This document shows, piece by piece, positions 32,791 to 45,521 of a stretch of 64,000 nucleotides of DNA. Source of the stretch: the human T2T-CHM13v2.0 reference genome, Homo sapiens; the NCBI RefSeq assembly GCF_009914755.1, contig NC_060937.1. One strand, written 5' to 3'. The notes beneath the pieces were generated by a model. The model saw nothing but the letters and a program-made list of their open reading frames with translations. It did no database searches and was not told the DNA's origin. Numbering within the stretch: position 1 is the stretch's first letter; every line of letters starts with the position of its first letter. The translations under genes were made by a program, and so were the position numbers.

Positions 32791-34252
32791 CTGATCTTGT
32801 TCAACCCCCTATGTTACAGATGACTCACACAGATCTAGAGAGGTGACAAGAGAGGCCCAAATGACTGGCTGTCAGAATCAAGTTAAAGTCTAATTCTTGT
32901 GACACCTGTGTTCTCATTACACTAGAGATGGCAATGAGTGTCCAGTTGCTATGCTCACTCTGATGGATTGATGATGGCTTCCTGCAATGCTCTGATGAGA
33001 AGGTTTCTGTAGCTGCACATGTCTTGGCAGGAGGGAAAGTGCTGATTGATAACAATGTCCACTGTGGAGTTAGGGCCCAAAAGTGGTGTTAAGGGTTTGT
33101 CATCTTTATACTCTCTGCTGCAAATTTTCAACAGCTCCATTCACTTATCTACTGTAATCTTTTTCATTCTTAGAGCTTTTCTGGTTAATGGAAGTAGAGT
33201 GTCCAAATGCCTGCCTTTAGCATATCATGCTTAAATATTGAGCAAAAGAAAAGAGCATCTGGAAAGGAGAGGCAGACATCCTAACTTTTTTCGGACTCAT
33301 ATGATTATTCTAAGTGCCTCTGACAGATCCTTGGTCAGCCCGTATGTATTTCTTTCAGTTTGTGGGCTTTGGCTCAGTGCTATAATTGACCAAAATATTG
33401 GTAGCCTTGATAAAAACAGACCTTGTCATAAAAACATTAATACTTAACCTCAAGATATTCAGGCTTTTTATTGGCCTCCTAAAGTATTCTCAAGCTCTCT
33501 GTGATGAAAGATCATTTTTTGAAAAATTCCAATTCCTTGTGGATTGATACTTTTGTAAAATATAACAAAAATGATTACTAGGATAATGAAGTAAAAATCC
33601 CAAAGATATACAGAAGCCAAGCTTCAATTTTTAAAATAATTATATTTAAGACATAATGAGTGTGTCAGTTGCTATACTCATGTCTTAATGCTTTCTCTCG
33701 GGTTTAATCATTATCTTATCACAGATTGGATAGAAACATTTCATAGATGAGCACCTGTCAATGGATCACACTTTGAGTAGAACTAGTCTAGAGCTTGTTT
33801 TTCTCCAACTACAGCTATAGTCAAGGTGACTGATTGTCCCAGGGGCCTAAGTCCTTGAGTATTCCTGGCCTCTAGGAGATAAAATTGGTATGCATCAATT
33901 ACTCAGGTTCTGTGACATAAGCAGTTTATCCAAATCCTAGACTTCTAAGAACATTAATTGAAATATACACTTGAAAATAAAATTCAATATATGCATTGCC
34001 ACATAAGATGCTTTGGTTCTCTCTCTTTAAGCATTCTTTATCTGGATAACGTTACATAATTAGAGATGGTTGATAATTATTATTTTACTCCTGTGCACAG
34101 GAATACACAAAATATTTGGCACAGACTGCAGAAGATGGCTCATTTAAAAGTCAACCATCTGGAGCATCGAACAACTGCGTCCTACAGGCTGCAGTTCCTT
34201 CCAATGACTTTGGAAGGATTGGCTGTCCTCTGGGAAGTGCAATGTTTTCTCT

Positions 34253-34461
34253 CAAGGGTCAGCAAACTTTTCTACAAAAGGCCAGATAGTAAATACTTTA
34301 GGTTTTGCTGTCCAAACGTAGTCTCTGTTAAATATTCTTGTTTTGTTTCATTTTGTTTTTTACAACCTTTTAAAACGGTGAAAATAATTCTTAGTTTGAA
34401 AGCTGTACTAAAGAGGATATGGGGTAGATTTGGCCCACAAGGAATGGTTTGCCAAACCCTG
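34253..34461 (+). mobile_element. MER58 (MER58C-like) hAT-Charlie MITE
   Basis: TIRs caagggtcagcaaac / gtttgccaaaccctg, internal ggccagatagtaaatactttagg, degenerate 8-bp TSD ttttctct / atttatct. Confidence 0.82.
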
Positions 34462-34513
34462 ATTTATCTCCTGGTAACACTGGAAAGCCAGCTTTTTCGA
34501 TTCAATTGTCTTG

Positions 34514-35022
34514 ATATTAGTTATCTATTTCTACATAAAGAATTATCCCCAAACTTAGCAGCTGAAACTAACATTTGTTATTTTACACTTCCATGAGCCA
34601 GAAATCTAGGTGCAGGTCACCTGGGTGCCTCTGCCTGTATGTTGCTCCAGAGGTCAGTTGAGTTGATAGTCTGAGCTGCTGTCCCATATGAAGATTTGAC
34701 TAGTGGGGAGGATCCACTTCCAAGATTACTCATGTATTTTTTTTGTAGGTCTTGGTCTCTTGACACATTAAACCTCCATAAGGCTGCCTCATGACATAGC
34801 AGCTGACTTCCCTCTGAGTAAGTGATCTGAAAGAGTGATAGTAATTAAGCAAGGCAGAAGCCACAGTCTTTTTATACCCTAAGCTCAGAAGCAATGTCCC
34901 GTCACTTCTGTTGTGGAAACTAACAAATCACTTCACCCATACTCAAAGGGAAGGGATTCCACAAGGGCTTGAATACCAGAAGGCAGTGGTCATGGGGGTC
35001 ACCTTAGATTCTGCCTATTTCA
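34514..35022 (-). mobile_element. MLT1F-type MaLR LTR
   Basis: tattagttatctatt..ccccaaacttagcagc ... ggatccacttccaag ... cccatactcaaagggaagggatt..gggcttgaataccagaaggcag. Confidence 0.75.
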
Positions 35023-35369
35023 ATGGCTAAATCGCTTTTTATCAGTTTCAACAGGATACACATCCCTCAATTACGATTTTATAATACCATCTGGTTTCTA
35101 CCATAGACTTATTATACTGTTATTGTAATTAACACCATGACATGTAAAGATATATTTGAAAGGCACAACAGGAATTTTTATTTTTGGACAGTTAACTATA
35201 CAAATATGCTTTCTAAGTTAAAAAAGGTAAGAAATTATTTCTCTATGCAGTAGGCTTTAGAGAAATTGATGGAAGTGGCAGTGAAACTGAGAAGACTTTG
35301 GAATAGCTTTAAAATAAACATTTAACACTAGGCACCTTGAATTTTTAAAATATTTTCCTAATCTAATCT

Positions 35370-35540
35370 AATTTACTACTTACAATCTAAGATAGTTCAA
35401 TTTGATCCCCATTTTATAGATGGGGAAACTGAGGCAGGCAGATGTTGGGTAAGTTAGCCTAAATTACACAGCCAATAGGTGATGGAGCCAGGATTCAGAA
35501 CTGGGTTTTCTGATCCCAGAGCCCTCACTGTCTTTAAGAC
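35370..35540 (-). mobile_element. MIR
   Basis: MIR core ccccattttatagatggggaaactgaggc, plus ggagccaggattc. Confidence 0.8.
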
Positions 35541-36092
35541 ACAAACACAGTCACAGAAACTAAATATAAATTGACAATTGGAAATAGTTCTTATAATAAG
35601 TCAATACACTTACCAGTTAAAATACCACACTAAGACCTTTTATGAAAAATATTTTAAGGTGGTCACTGGCCTCAGTGATAGAGGAAATAAATAAAAGTAG
35701 TCACCACTTTGATATTATTGGTTTTCTACTAAATATCATGGAGAAAAAACATCAATGAGAACTTACTTCTCCATCTTGAAAGGAGCATTTCTAGGAAGAT
35801 GCCCACATTTTCTAATTCAAAATCTATAATTCTTATACAGAACAGATTCCTGCTGCTTGTGGTAGTCCCACGAGAACTCTATCTGTATAATGCAAGGATT
35901 CCAGAAGCTAATGTGTGTGGAAATGCACCATCTTATTTCCGATGTTGATAAACAGTTTATGGAGCTATGTCATCATACGAGTTTTTCATCAATATTACTC
36001 AGATGGTATAATATCACTGATGATGAGACTGACATCAAGAAAGAATTATTCTAGAATAAGCACAGATATTAAGCTGTTAAAAAAAACACTCT

Positions 36093-37427
36093 GGAGGAAA
36101 GCTCCAAGATGGCCAAATAGGAACAGCTCCAGTGTACAGCTCCCAGCATAAGCAACACAGAGGACAGGTGATTTCTGCATTTCCAACTGAGGTACCGGGT
36201 TCATCTCACTGGGGCTTGTTGGACAGTGGGTGCAGCCCATGGAGTGTGAGCTGAAGCAGGGCAGGGCATCACCTTACCTGGGAAGTGCAAGGGGTCAGGG
36301 AATTCCCTTTCCTAGCCAAGGGAAGCCATGACAGACAGTACCTGGAAAATCAGGACACTCCCACCCTAATACTGCATTTTCCCAATGGTCTTAGGAAATG
36401 GCACACCAGGAGATTATATCCTGCCCCTGGCTCGGAGGGTCCTACGCCCACGGAGGCTTGCTCACTGCTAGCACAGCAGTCTGAGATCAAACTGCAAGGC
36501 AGCAGAGAGGCTGGGGAAGGGGCGTCCACCATTGCTGAGGCTTGAGAAGGTAAACAAAGTGGCCAGGAAGCTTGAACTGGGTGGAGCCCACCGCAGCTCA
36601 AGGAGGCCTGCCTGCCTCTGCAGACTCCACCTCTGGGGGCAGGGCATAGCTGAGCAAAAGGCAGCAGAAACTTCTGCAGACTTAAAAGTCCCTCTCTGAC
36701 AGCTTTGAAGAGAGTAGTGGTTCTCCCAGCATGGAGTTTGAGATCTGAGAACGGACAGACTGCCTCCTCAAGTGGGTCCCTGACCCCCAAGCAGCCTAAC
36801 TGGGAGACAACTCCCAGTAGGGGCTAACTAACACCTCATACAGCCAGATGCCCCTCTGAAATGAAGCTCCAAGAGGAAGGATCAGACAGCAACATTTGCC
36901 GTTCTGCAATATTTGCTGTTCTGCAGCCTCCACTGGTGATACCTAGGCAAACAGGGTCTGGAGTGGACCTCCAGCAAACTCCAACAGACCTGCAGCTGAG
37001 GGTCCTGACTGTTAGAAGGAAAACTAACAAACAGAAAGGACATCCACACCAAAACCCCATCTGTACGTCACCATCATCAAAGACCAAAATAGATAAAACC
37101 ACAAAGATGAGAAACCAGAGCAGAAAAGCTGAAAATTCTAAAAATCAGAGCACCTCTTCTCCAAAGGAACACAGCTCCTTGCCAGCAATGGAACAAAGCT
37201 GGATGGAGAATGACTTTGATGAGTTGATGGTGATGGAAGTAGGCTTCAGATGATAGGTAATAACAAGCTTCTCCGAGCTAAAGGAGGACGTTCGAATCCA
37301 TCGCAAAGAAGCTAAAAACCTTGAAAAAAGATTAGATGAATGGCTAACCAGAATACATAGCATAGAGAAGACCTTAAATGACCTGATGGAGCTGAAAACC
37401 ATGGCACGAGAACTATGTGATGCATGC
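36093..37427 (+). mobile_element. L1PA (PA6-like) 5' portion only: full 5'UTR plus ~320 bp of ORF1
   Basis: caagatggcc YY1 site at 36105-36114, complete UTR, ORF1 start MRNQSRKAENSKNQ. Breaks off after ..gaactatgtgatgcatgc with no 3' end, poly-A or downstream TSD. Confidence 0.93.
36350..36532 (-). pseudogene. L1 antisense ORF0 homolog (60 aa)
   Basis: MVDAPSPASLLPCSLISDCCASSEQASVGVGPSEPGAGYNLLVCHFLRPLGKCSIRVGVS followed by a stop. Confidence 0.72.
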
Positions 37428-38336
37428 CCAATCTCTTTTATTGGGCTTTTTTTTTTTTTTTTTTTTTTTTTGACTCATGACACAAGAAAAGATGATTCAG
37501 GATTCAGGAGGCCTGGATCTGATCCGTGTACCTAGGAAAATTTGTTTATTTCAATCTTAACTTTATCATTTGTAACCTGAAGATAATATCTATTAACGCA
37601 AGTTAACAGGAGAATGAAAGGAGAGGGTGTATGTCACACAATAATCACTCGATTAAGTTAGTCTCTTTCTCTGAATTTTATTTTAGCAATCTTAAGAGCT
37701 TTAGACTTTTCTCTATCAACCATGGGGAGCCTCTGTTATCTCCTCTTAGCTTAGTGCCTTTCATGGTACACCTAGGATTACTATGGGACTTTCTTCTGCT
37801 TTGACATATTGCCTAGGAGTTTAGCCAAAAATGGCCTAAAATTTCTGAACTCCCAGAAATAAGTAAAATAAGACACTGAAGACCTCAAGAGTCACATCAT
37901 TGAAGAGAAGAGGCCTCCACCCAGCAATGAGGTGGGTTAACCCCATGGGTTAATATTCACATGTGGAGGAAATATAGATTCCACACGGGGGGAAAGGAAA
38001 CAAAGTTCAAATTGCCACACACAGCATTCAGCTTGACTGGAAGCTTCCCTGCCTGATGGGATCAGGTTGAAGTTCAGCCAGCCCAATTCTGTCATTTTTT
38101 CCTTTCTACCCAGAATCAAAGCCACAGAAAGTCAGACATTAACCTGCACTCCAGCTCCGTGAATCACAGCTAAAGCAGTTGAGATCAGGAAAATGCTCAG
38201 AATCATAAACAGTCAAGATAAAAACGCAGGCTTCCCATCTCCCCTAAATTGCCTCTTTTCAAATCTGAATGTCTGATCTTCTGTTCTAATGAAATTAATT
38301 GTATGATAAACTCAGGAATTTGCCTTCGGTATTATA

Positions 38337-38391
38337 TTAGTTTGGTGCAAAAGTAACGGCAAAAGCCACAATTATTTTTGCACCAATCTAA
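38337..38391. mobile_element. MADE1 (Hsmar1-derived mariner MITE), internally deleted
   Basis: TIRs ttagtttggtgcaaaagtaa / ttatttttgcaccaatctaa. Left flank is TA. 55 bp versus ~80 bp for the consensus. Confidence 0.88.
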
Positions 38392-41300
38392 TGTGACACT
38401 GAAGTGAATGTGTCTGAAAATGCATAATCTTATTTCCATTGTTGATAAACAGTTTACAGAGCTATGTCATTGTCAATATTTTAATGCGATCACATTTCAC
38501 AAGTATCTGTTTGCCAGATGCCAAGAGAGGTGTGCTGTAATTCACAGTGATATATATAAAAAATGCAAATGAGATAGTCCTAGGTGGGCAGGATGATTAT
38601 GGGTACTCCCTAACTGCTAACTGAAAACACTATCCACCAAAGCCTTCTCTGTGCATCAAATTCTTGCCACAGATCTTTCATTTCTTTCCTAATGGCTTTT
38701 GCACAGTAAGAAGTACACTCATCAATAATGTACATTTTTCAGGCACAGTAAAAATGTTTGTGAAAGGCTATTAATGCAAAAGCAAAATGCCCACATTGAA
38801 AACATGAATCCCCAGTTTTTTAAACATTATTTTCTTTAAAAATACTTAAAACTAAGTCTGCATCAAAAAATATATATATCCAGTAGAAAAAGTTCAGTGG
38901 AAGGACTAGCAAAAGTGCACCCATTTGAAATCTTTAGATGTTCAGGAGTTTGTCCAATAGATAATATTGGTTTCTTGGATTGTACAAATCACGCAGTTGT
39001 TAATTTCTTTTGCAATTTATATGAAAGATTATAAAAATACGCATGAGCTAAGATCCAGCATGAAAAGTTTTCTAGAAAAAAAAAGTACATTTTTACTACG
39101 GAGTTGTAAAGCCCCAGAAAAGTGGGGTGTATAATGGGAAAAGTGACAGATCCCTAACACTATAGTAGAGATGGTACTATTATAATGAGAGAAACTATTG
39201 CTTGGAACAAGAACAGCTATATTCTTCTCTCAGCTTCCACAGTCCCCACACCCCTGGAGTACCATTTGAGACAGTGATGAACTGTGGTCTCAATTCCCTT
39301 ATTAGCTGTAAGACCTAAAAATTATATGTGCAATTAAAAGGCAAAATGCTGATATTACTCATAGGAAGCCCTTTGTACATTAGCAAGGTACAAAAGTCTG
39401 CTGACACTTTGCAACAGAGATAGTCAGCAGGGCAGAAGATTAATAGAGCCTCATAAATTTGCAGGGTGAATACAGTAGATGGGGCAGAATAAGCATGTTG
39501 TGTTAGAGATAAATAAAGGGCATGGTCAGCTTGACAAAACATTTAACAAGGAACACAACCAGTCCTTTTGCACAATTTGCTTGGCTGGCATTCGTCCATT
39601 TTATATAACTACATATAATTATCCCACAGCAATTGCTGCTCGTGTCACAAAGGCCTCCAACATGACCCAGAGAAGGAGCACTGGCAAAGCCAGTGACACC
39701 AATGGCTTACACATTGTGTCACACTGCCCTGTTCAGTTACTTTTCTTAATCAAAGGTTTTGATGGTAAAGGTAGCATCTCATTCCAGTCCAGTGTCCTCC
39801 TGGGGTTAATGGGCGGCAATCTCATTTCTTTGTGTTTGGATAACTTGAATGAAGGCAGGAGAGTGTGCTAAAATCCCAAAGCAAGACAGTATGGGAAATA
39901 TTTTGAAATCTACTCATTATTTCTGAGATTTCTGTGATAGGGAACTGGTTTCATCCTTTTAAAAACAGATGTATAATGAGTTCATTACATAAGTTCTAAC
40001 TACTTTTTGTGTGATGCTAGTCTAGGAAGCACTATTTGTTTTCCTATGATGTGTTGATTAGCTATAAGAAAACCTCAGAATATTTCAAATTTGCTTTCTC
40101 TTTTAAATGATTCCCAAGGGAAGAAGCTTATTTTAATGTCTATATGTGAAAAGTGACATGAAAATTCCTCTTAGGAATAATTTGTCTTGCAAGGAATTGC
40201 TGTTTTCTGATTCTAGAAGAGCTTGTCTCCTCAATTGCAGATCACGCATTCATTGAACAAGTGACTACGTGCCATGTTCACAAAACATGCAAGATCCACT
40301 GCTATGTAGAACATGAAATAGCCACAAATGAAAGTTTGTGGCTTCTAAGTAGCTAGATGAATTAGTAAACAATAGTCATTTGTAATTACAACTGTCAAAG
40401 GCAGTCCAAGATTTTCTACATGAGAAGATGGCAGACACCTAAGACCAGGATATTACCTGTGCAGAGTCTTGTTAGAATAGTCCATCAGAGACTGAATCTA
40501 TTTAAGTTTTAAGAAACTTAATTTTCTACTCAACTACTCATTCATTTGTGTTCCAGTCCCTATTTGGAAAGAGGAGTTCAGCTGAAGATTGACGACAAAG
40601 CCATTAGCAAAGCTATGGTGAAGTTTTCCACATTTTGGTAATGTAAGGACTATTCAAGGAGATTGTTAACTAGGCAGGTATTTGAAGAGTTTGTGTTCTA
40701 ACTCCTTTTGTTTCCTCTGATAGAACTGGTAGATATGGATACATGGCAGTCTTCCCTGGGGTCAGCTTGCTTGCCATTTGAATTTAATAAGCCTCAGCTT
40801 ACCATAAAGTCCTCATCTGCTAAATAACAGGTTCTTGTTGCCTTTTCTGAAGGTTATTATGAACTTTCATCTTGGGAAGGGCACTGACCATTCAAATACA
40901 AACCCTCCATACATGCCCTGGGGCAGTGATTTGTATGAACTAGTCCTCTCTGTAAATTTAGAAGCTGTATTGAAGCCCCCACCACTAAAGAGTTTGGTAA
41001 TTTAAGTATGAAAGTGAGGTGGCTGAAAGACCAGGGAAGCAATGGAATATGACTTGAAAATGTGCCTACTTTTAAAAGCGTACATTTGCTAAAATGATAG
41101 GTTTTTTATTGTATGATCCCTCAGCAAGAAGCTGTAAAGAAAGGGAGAGTCAGATATGAAAATCCAATGAAACATGCTTTACAGTGCAGCAGATGAGCCT
41201 TCCAGAACCTTCCTCCGTAGTGACAGAGAATTATAGCCACACAAAACCCCCTGCTTATAGACTGCTCTTCATACATACTCATAAGTATCCCCACAACCTA

Positions 41301-42929
41301 TCTAGGGGGTTGTTTTTCATGACAGATTTTCTCAACTGCAACGGTCTAATAAAGTAGCAATCACCTACCTGTTTTGTTTCTGCTTAATGTTCTGAGTCTG
41401 CTTTTCTCTTGGGTGTGTTGGGGGTAAACTGTTAAAATGATTGGTCTTTGGACTCTGCCTTCTGGGTGAGCATATCTAGATCTAGCAAAATAGATGTCAG
41501 TGAAAACTCTTTAAGAGACCTTGGGTTGGAAATATACTTCGGTGCCCTACTTAACAAGAACTATACTCTAATAGAACTCTCACTTCAAACTTCCATGTGC
41601 TGTTATTAGTAAACAAGCCTGAATTCTTTGAAAGGCTTTTTTTTCTCTTTTAAATTTATGAACTAAATAATGCACCCTCGCTAAGGGAATAGGCTTGCCA
41701 CAGACTTATTGCAAGTAACATTAAGGAACCGCAGACATTCACATGTTTAAATAGGTATGCTAATCAGACTGTACATTGTTCACCACGTCCTGGATCCTCT
41801 TGGCAAAAAAAAAAAAAAAAAAAAAAGGCTTATCTAAAAATAACATGGCATTTCATTTATAGAAAACTGGGCACTTGCTCCTTCAAGATGAATGGCATTT
41901 CAAGATTCAAATCCCTTGTTAACCTTGTAATGTGCTGCAGGTGTAACTCTTTTGTCCAAGTATTTGGAAAGAACAAAAATAAATCCCTCTTGACATTCAA
42001 CTCCACAGAGCATACTTTCTGTCTCTCTGTCCCTCGTGTGTACACATGCATACACACTCATGCACATACGTATACAAACTGTAAAAAGAATTAAAATGAA
42101 TTTTAATAAATAGTGTTAAAAGTGGAAGAAAAAGTCAATAAAATTTGAGAAATTTAATGAACAGATAGAAGAAACATGTCTTTTATATACTGTCTGATAT
42201 GAAGCCTGGAAGATACAGACTTTAAAAAATACAATAGTTCTATCAAATCTCTTTTCTATCATTAGGATCTGAGAAGGTGCGTTTTATTGGTAACTATTAG
42301 AAACAAAGAATAGTCAATTTCATGCTGGGAATTGACCTTATATAAAATGAGTTATCTTTCCACCCAGTATGGGGGCACCTTTTAAAAAATTCCCTAAAAG
42401 TAAGTTATTCAGTTTTTGGTTGGACATCTCCAGTGATAGGGAATTTGCTATCTTATAAAGCAGCCCTTCACATTGTTAATAGGCTGTGCCACAAAATCTT
42501 TTCCTTAGACGACAAAGCTTTCTCATCAGATTACTAGACTTGGGAAGATTATTATGTGAACTTGTAAAAGCTTCTTTCTTAGATTGAAAGCAAAGGCTGA
42601 TGTGATTATCCATATGAAGGAATGATTCTTCCAAAGGGATGGACTTGTGAGCCATCATTATTTCCAGGATTAGGATGTTGAATGGTGTCTTTGAATTCAT
42701 CTTGTCCCAGTCTCCTTAACAAGAATATCAGACTCCATCCTCTTCAACTCTTCAGGCTCCCTCAAGGCATATCTCTTCTCATTTTAGCCTGTTGCACTTT
42801 GTTAGTACCAGTTTAGTAGCAGATATCTAAGTTGGTATTATAATTAATTATTAAACCTGTGTTTCCTCCAATATGATTCCTTAAAGGCAATAACTGCAGT
42901 TTGTTCACTACAGCATTTAATATATTTAT

Positions 42930-43920
42930 ACATTTATTTAACAACAAATTATTGAGCACACCACTAGGCTCTGGGAGCATACAGCAAAATAGATAATGTC
43001 TACAGGGAATTTATTTTCTAATAGGGAAAATAACCAAGTAAATTGTTTATTATAGCACAATGTGGTAAAGACTATGATAATGTAACATACAAGATTCAGT
43101 GGGAATTTTGATAAATGCTAACATAAAGTATATATAAATCAAATTCCGGTGAGTATTTTTGTGAAGATGAACAAGACTAGATTGCAGTTGATCAGAATCC
43201 TTTTAATATGGTTTATTAATATCTTACAGTAGGTATCCCTTAATATACAGCAGGAGATGAAGGGCTGGAAAAATAGGCAGAGTCCTAGACATTAAATATT
43301 TAATGTGCTTCAAATTTATCCCTAATACATCAGATATTATGAAGTGATTTTTTGAAGGAAATAATGAAATAACTTTTATGCTTTGAAAAATAATATTCTG
43401 AAAGCTGAATTGAGAATTCGTATAATCCAGGAAAGAAGTGAAGAGGCCCTGAATTAAGGTGCAATGGTGGGAATAGCTACAAGGGGAAAAATTTGAGAAA
43501 TATGTAGGAGGAAGCCATAGGCCTTGGTAACTGAGTGAATGTGTCAGGGTAACAGGTGAGAGGGAGGCACTGCCAGTGTTTCCACTGGAGGGGCTGGGAG
43601 GATCCTAAGATGGGGTGAATTTGGGGAGAGGCATGTTTGTGGGAGGTGAAGTGGTGAGTTCAGGTTTGGACCTGTTGAGTCTAAGGTAACTTAAGTGACA
43701 CCTAGGTAGAGAGGCTAAGCAAGTAGTTGAATAAATATGCATAATAGAGTGGCTTAGGCTGTGGGAATACACTTAGAAGTCCAAAGTGGCAGGTGAAGCT
43801 ACAGATTTTGATGAAGTTGCCAAGAGCAAATTGTTTAAAAAAAAAAGAGTATAGGGCTGAGAACAAGGGCCTGAAGAACTAAGATTTAAACAGAAGCGGA
43901 GAAAGAATGGCTTAATGCTG
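42930..43920 (-). mobile_element. L2 fragments
   Basis: catttatttaacaacaaattattgagcac..ctaggctctggg; ataatccaggaaagaagtgaagaggccctgaattaagg; gagttcaggtttggacctgttgagt. Confidence 0.65.
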
Positions 43921-44278
43921 AGCACCAAAGAAGAGGGTGTAAAATTGAGGGGAGGGGGTGCAGGAATGTCATCTAAGTTTTAATGGGGAGGGCAAGCTTG
44001 GGAATTTGTGCCTGTTTTCCCCATAACTCCTTTCAAAGTGATTATCTTTCACAGATCACTGTGGAGGGAATCAGCCCTATGTCATTAATTATCCAGATAC
44101 ACAGATGACTATGATCTGGGCCACATGGTCTTTCATCAAAATTCAACGAATTTATAGTTCTGTAAGGAAGTCCTGGTGTGAGAACCTTGATCAAATAAAT
44201 CAGCAATGACCAAGTGGATCGATAGGGCTCTTTTTATCAGGAATCTGGGGTTATACAGACAGAGGTGGCAGCAGGTGT

Positions 44279-45098
<820 letters not shown>

Positions 45099-45521
45099 TG
45101 TGTTGAGAAACACATGCAGAGAAAGTAAGCAGCAGGGTTCATGAGGTGACCAAAGCACATGCAAGTAGAAGCCATGAGAAAGAAGAGGGGGTGAGGTGGC
45201 TGTTTGGCAAAAAAAGAAGCCAAGCTGTAAAAACAGAACTGAGTTTCTACCATTGTGGAGCATGAAGGTGGGAGTCAACAGACTTTAGCTGCTGGAGGGA
45301 GAATGAGACAACCTGGTAAATTGGGGATGAGTTAAATCCTGGACTACATTATGATCCCTAAACTGTGTTTCAATCTTTGAGACAACAATACATTGCTTTT
45401 TCTGTTCTTGTTAAGAGACCTCATGGTTTACTTTTTAATTTACTTTTTAACTGTGAGGTCTGGTTACACAATCAAGAGTCCTATCTTCCTCATGTCTAGG
45501 TATATCCTCTTTATGACCACC

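Noticed and set aside
34066-34596. 176-aa ORF
   Set aside because: It runs through MER58 and into MLT1F and has no protein-like features, so it is a chance open frame.
41806-41826. A21 run as the tail of a retroposed insert
   Set aside because: No adjacent element body, poly-A signal or TSD, so it is treated as a simple homopolymer.
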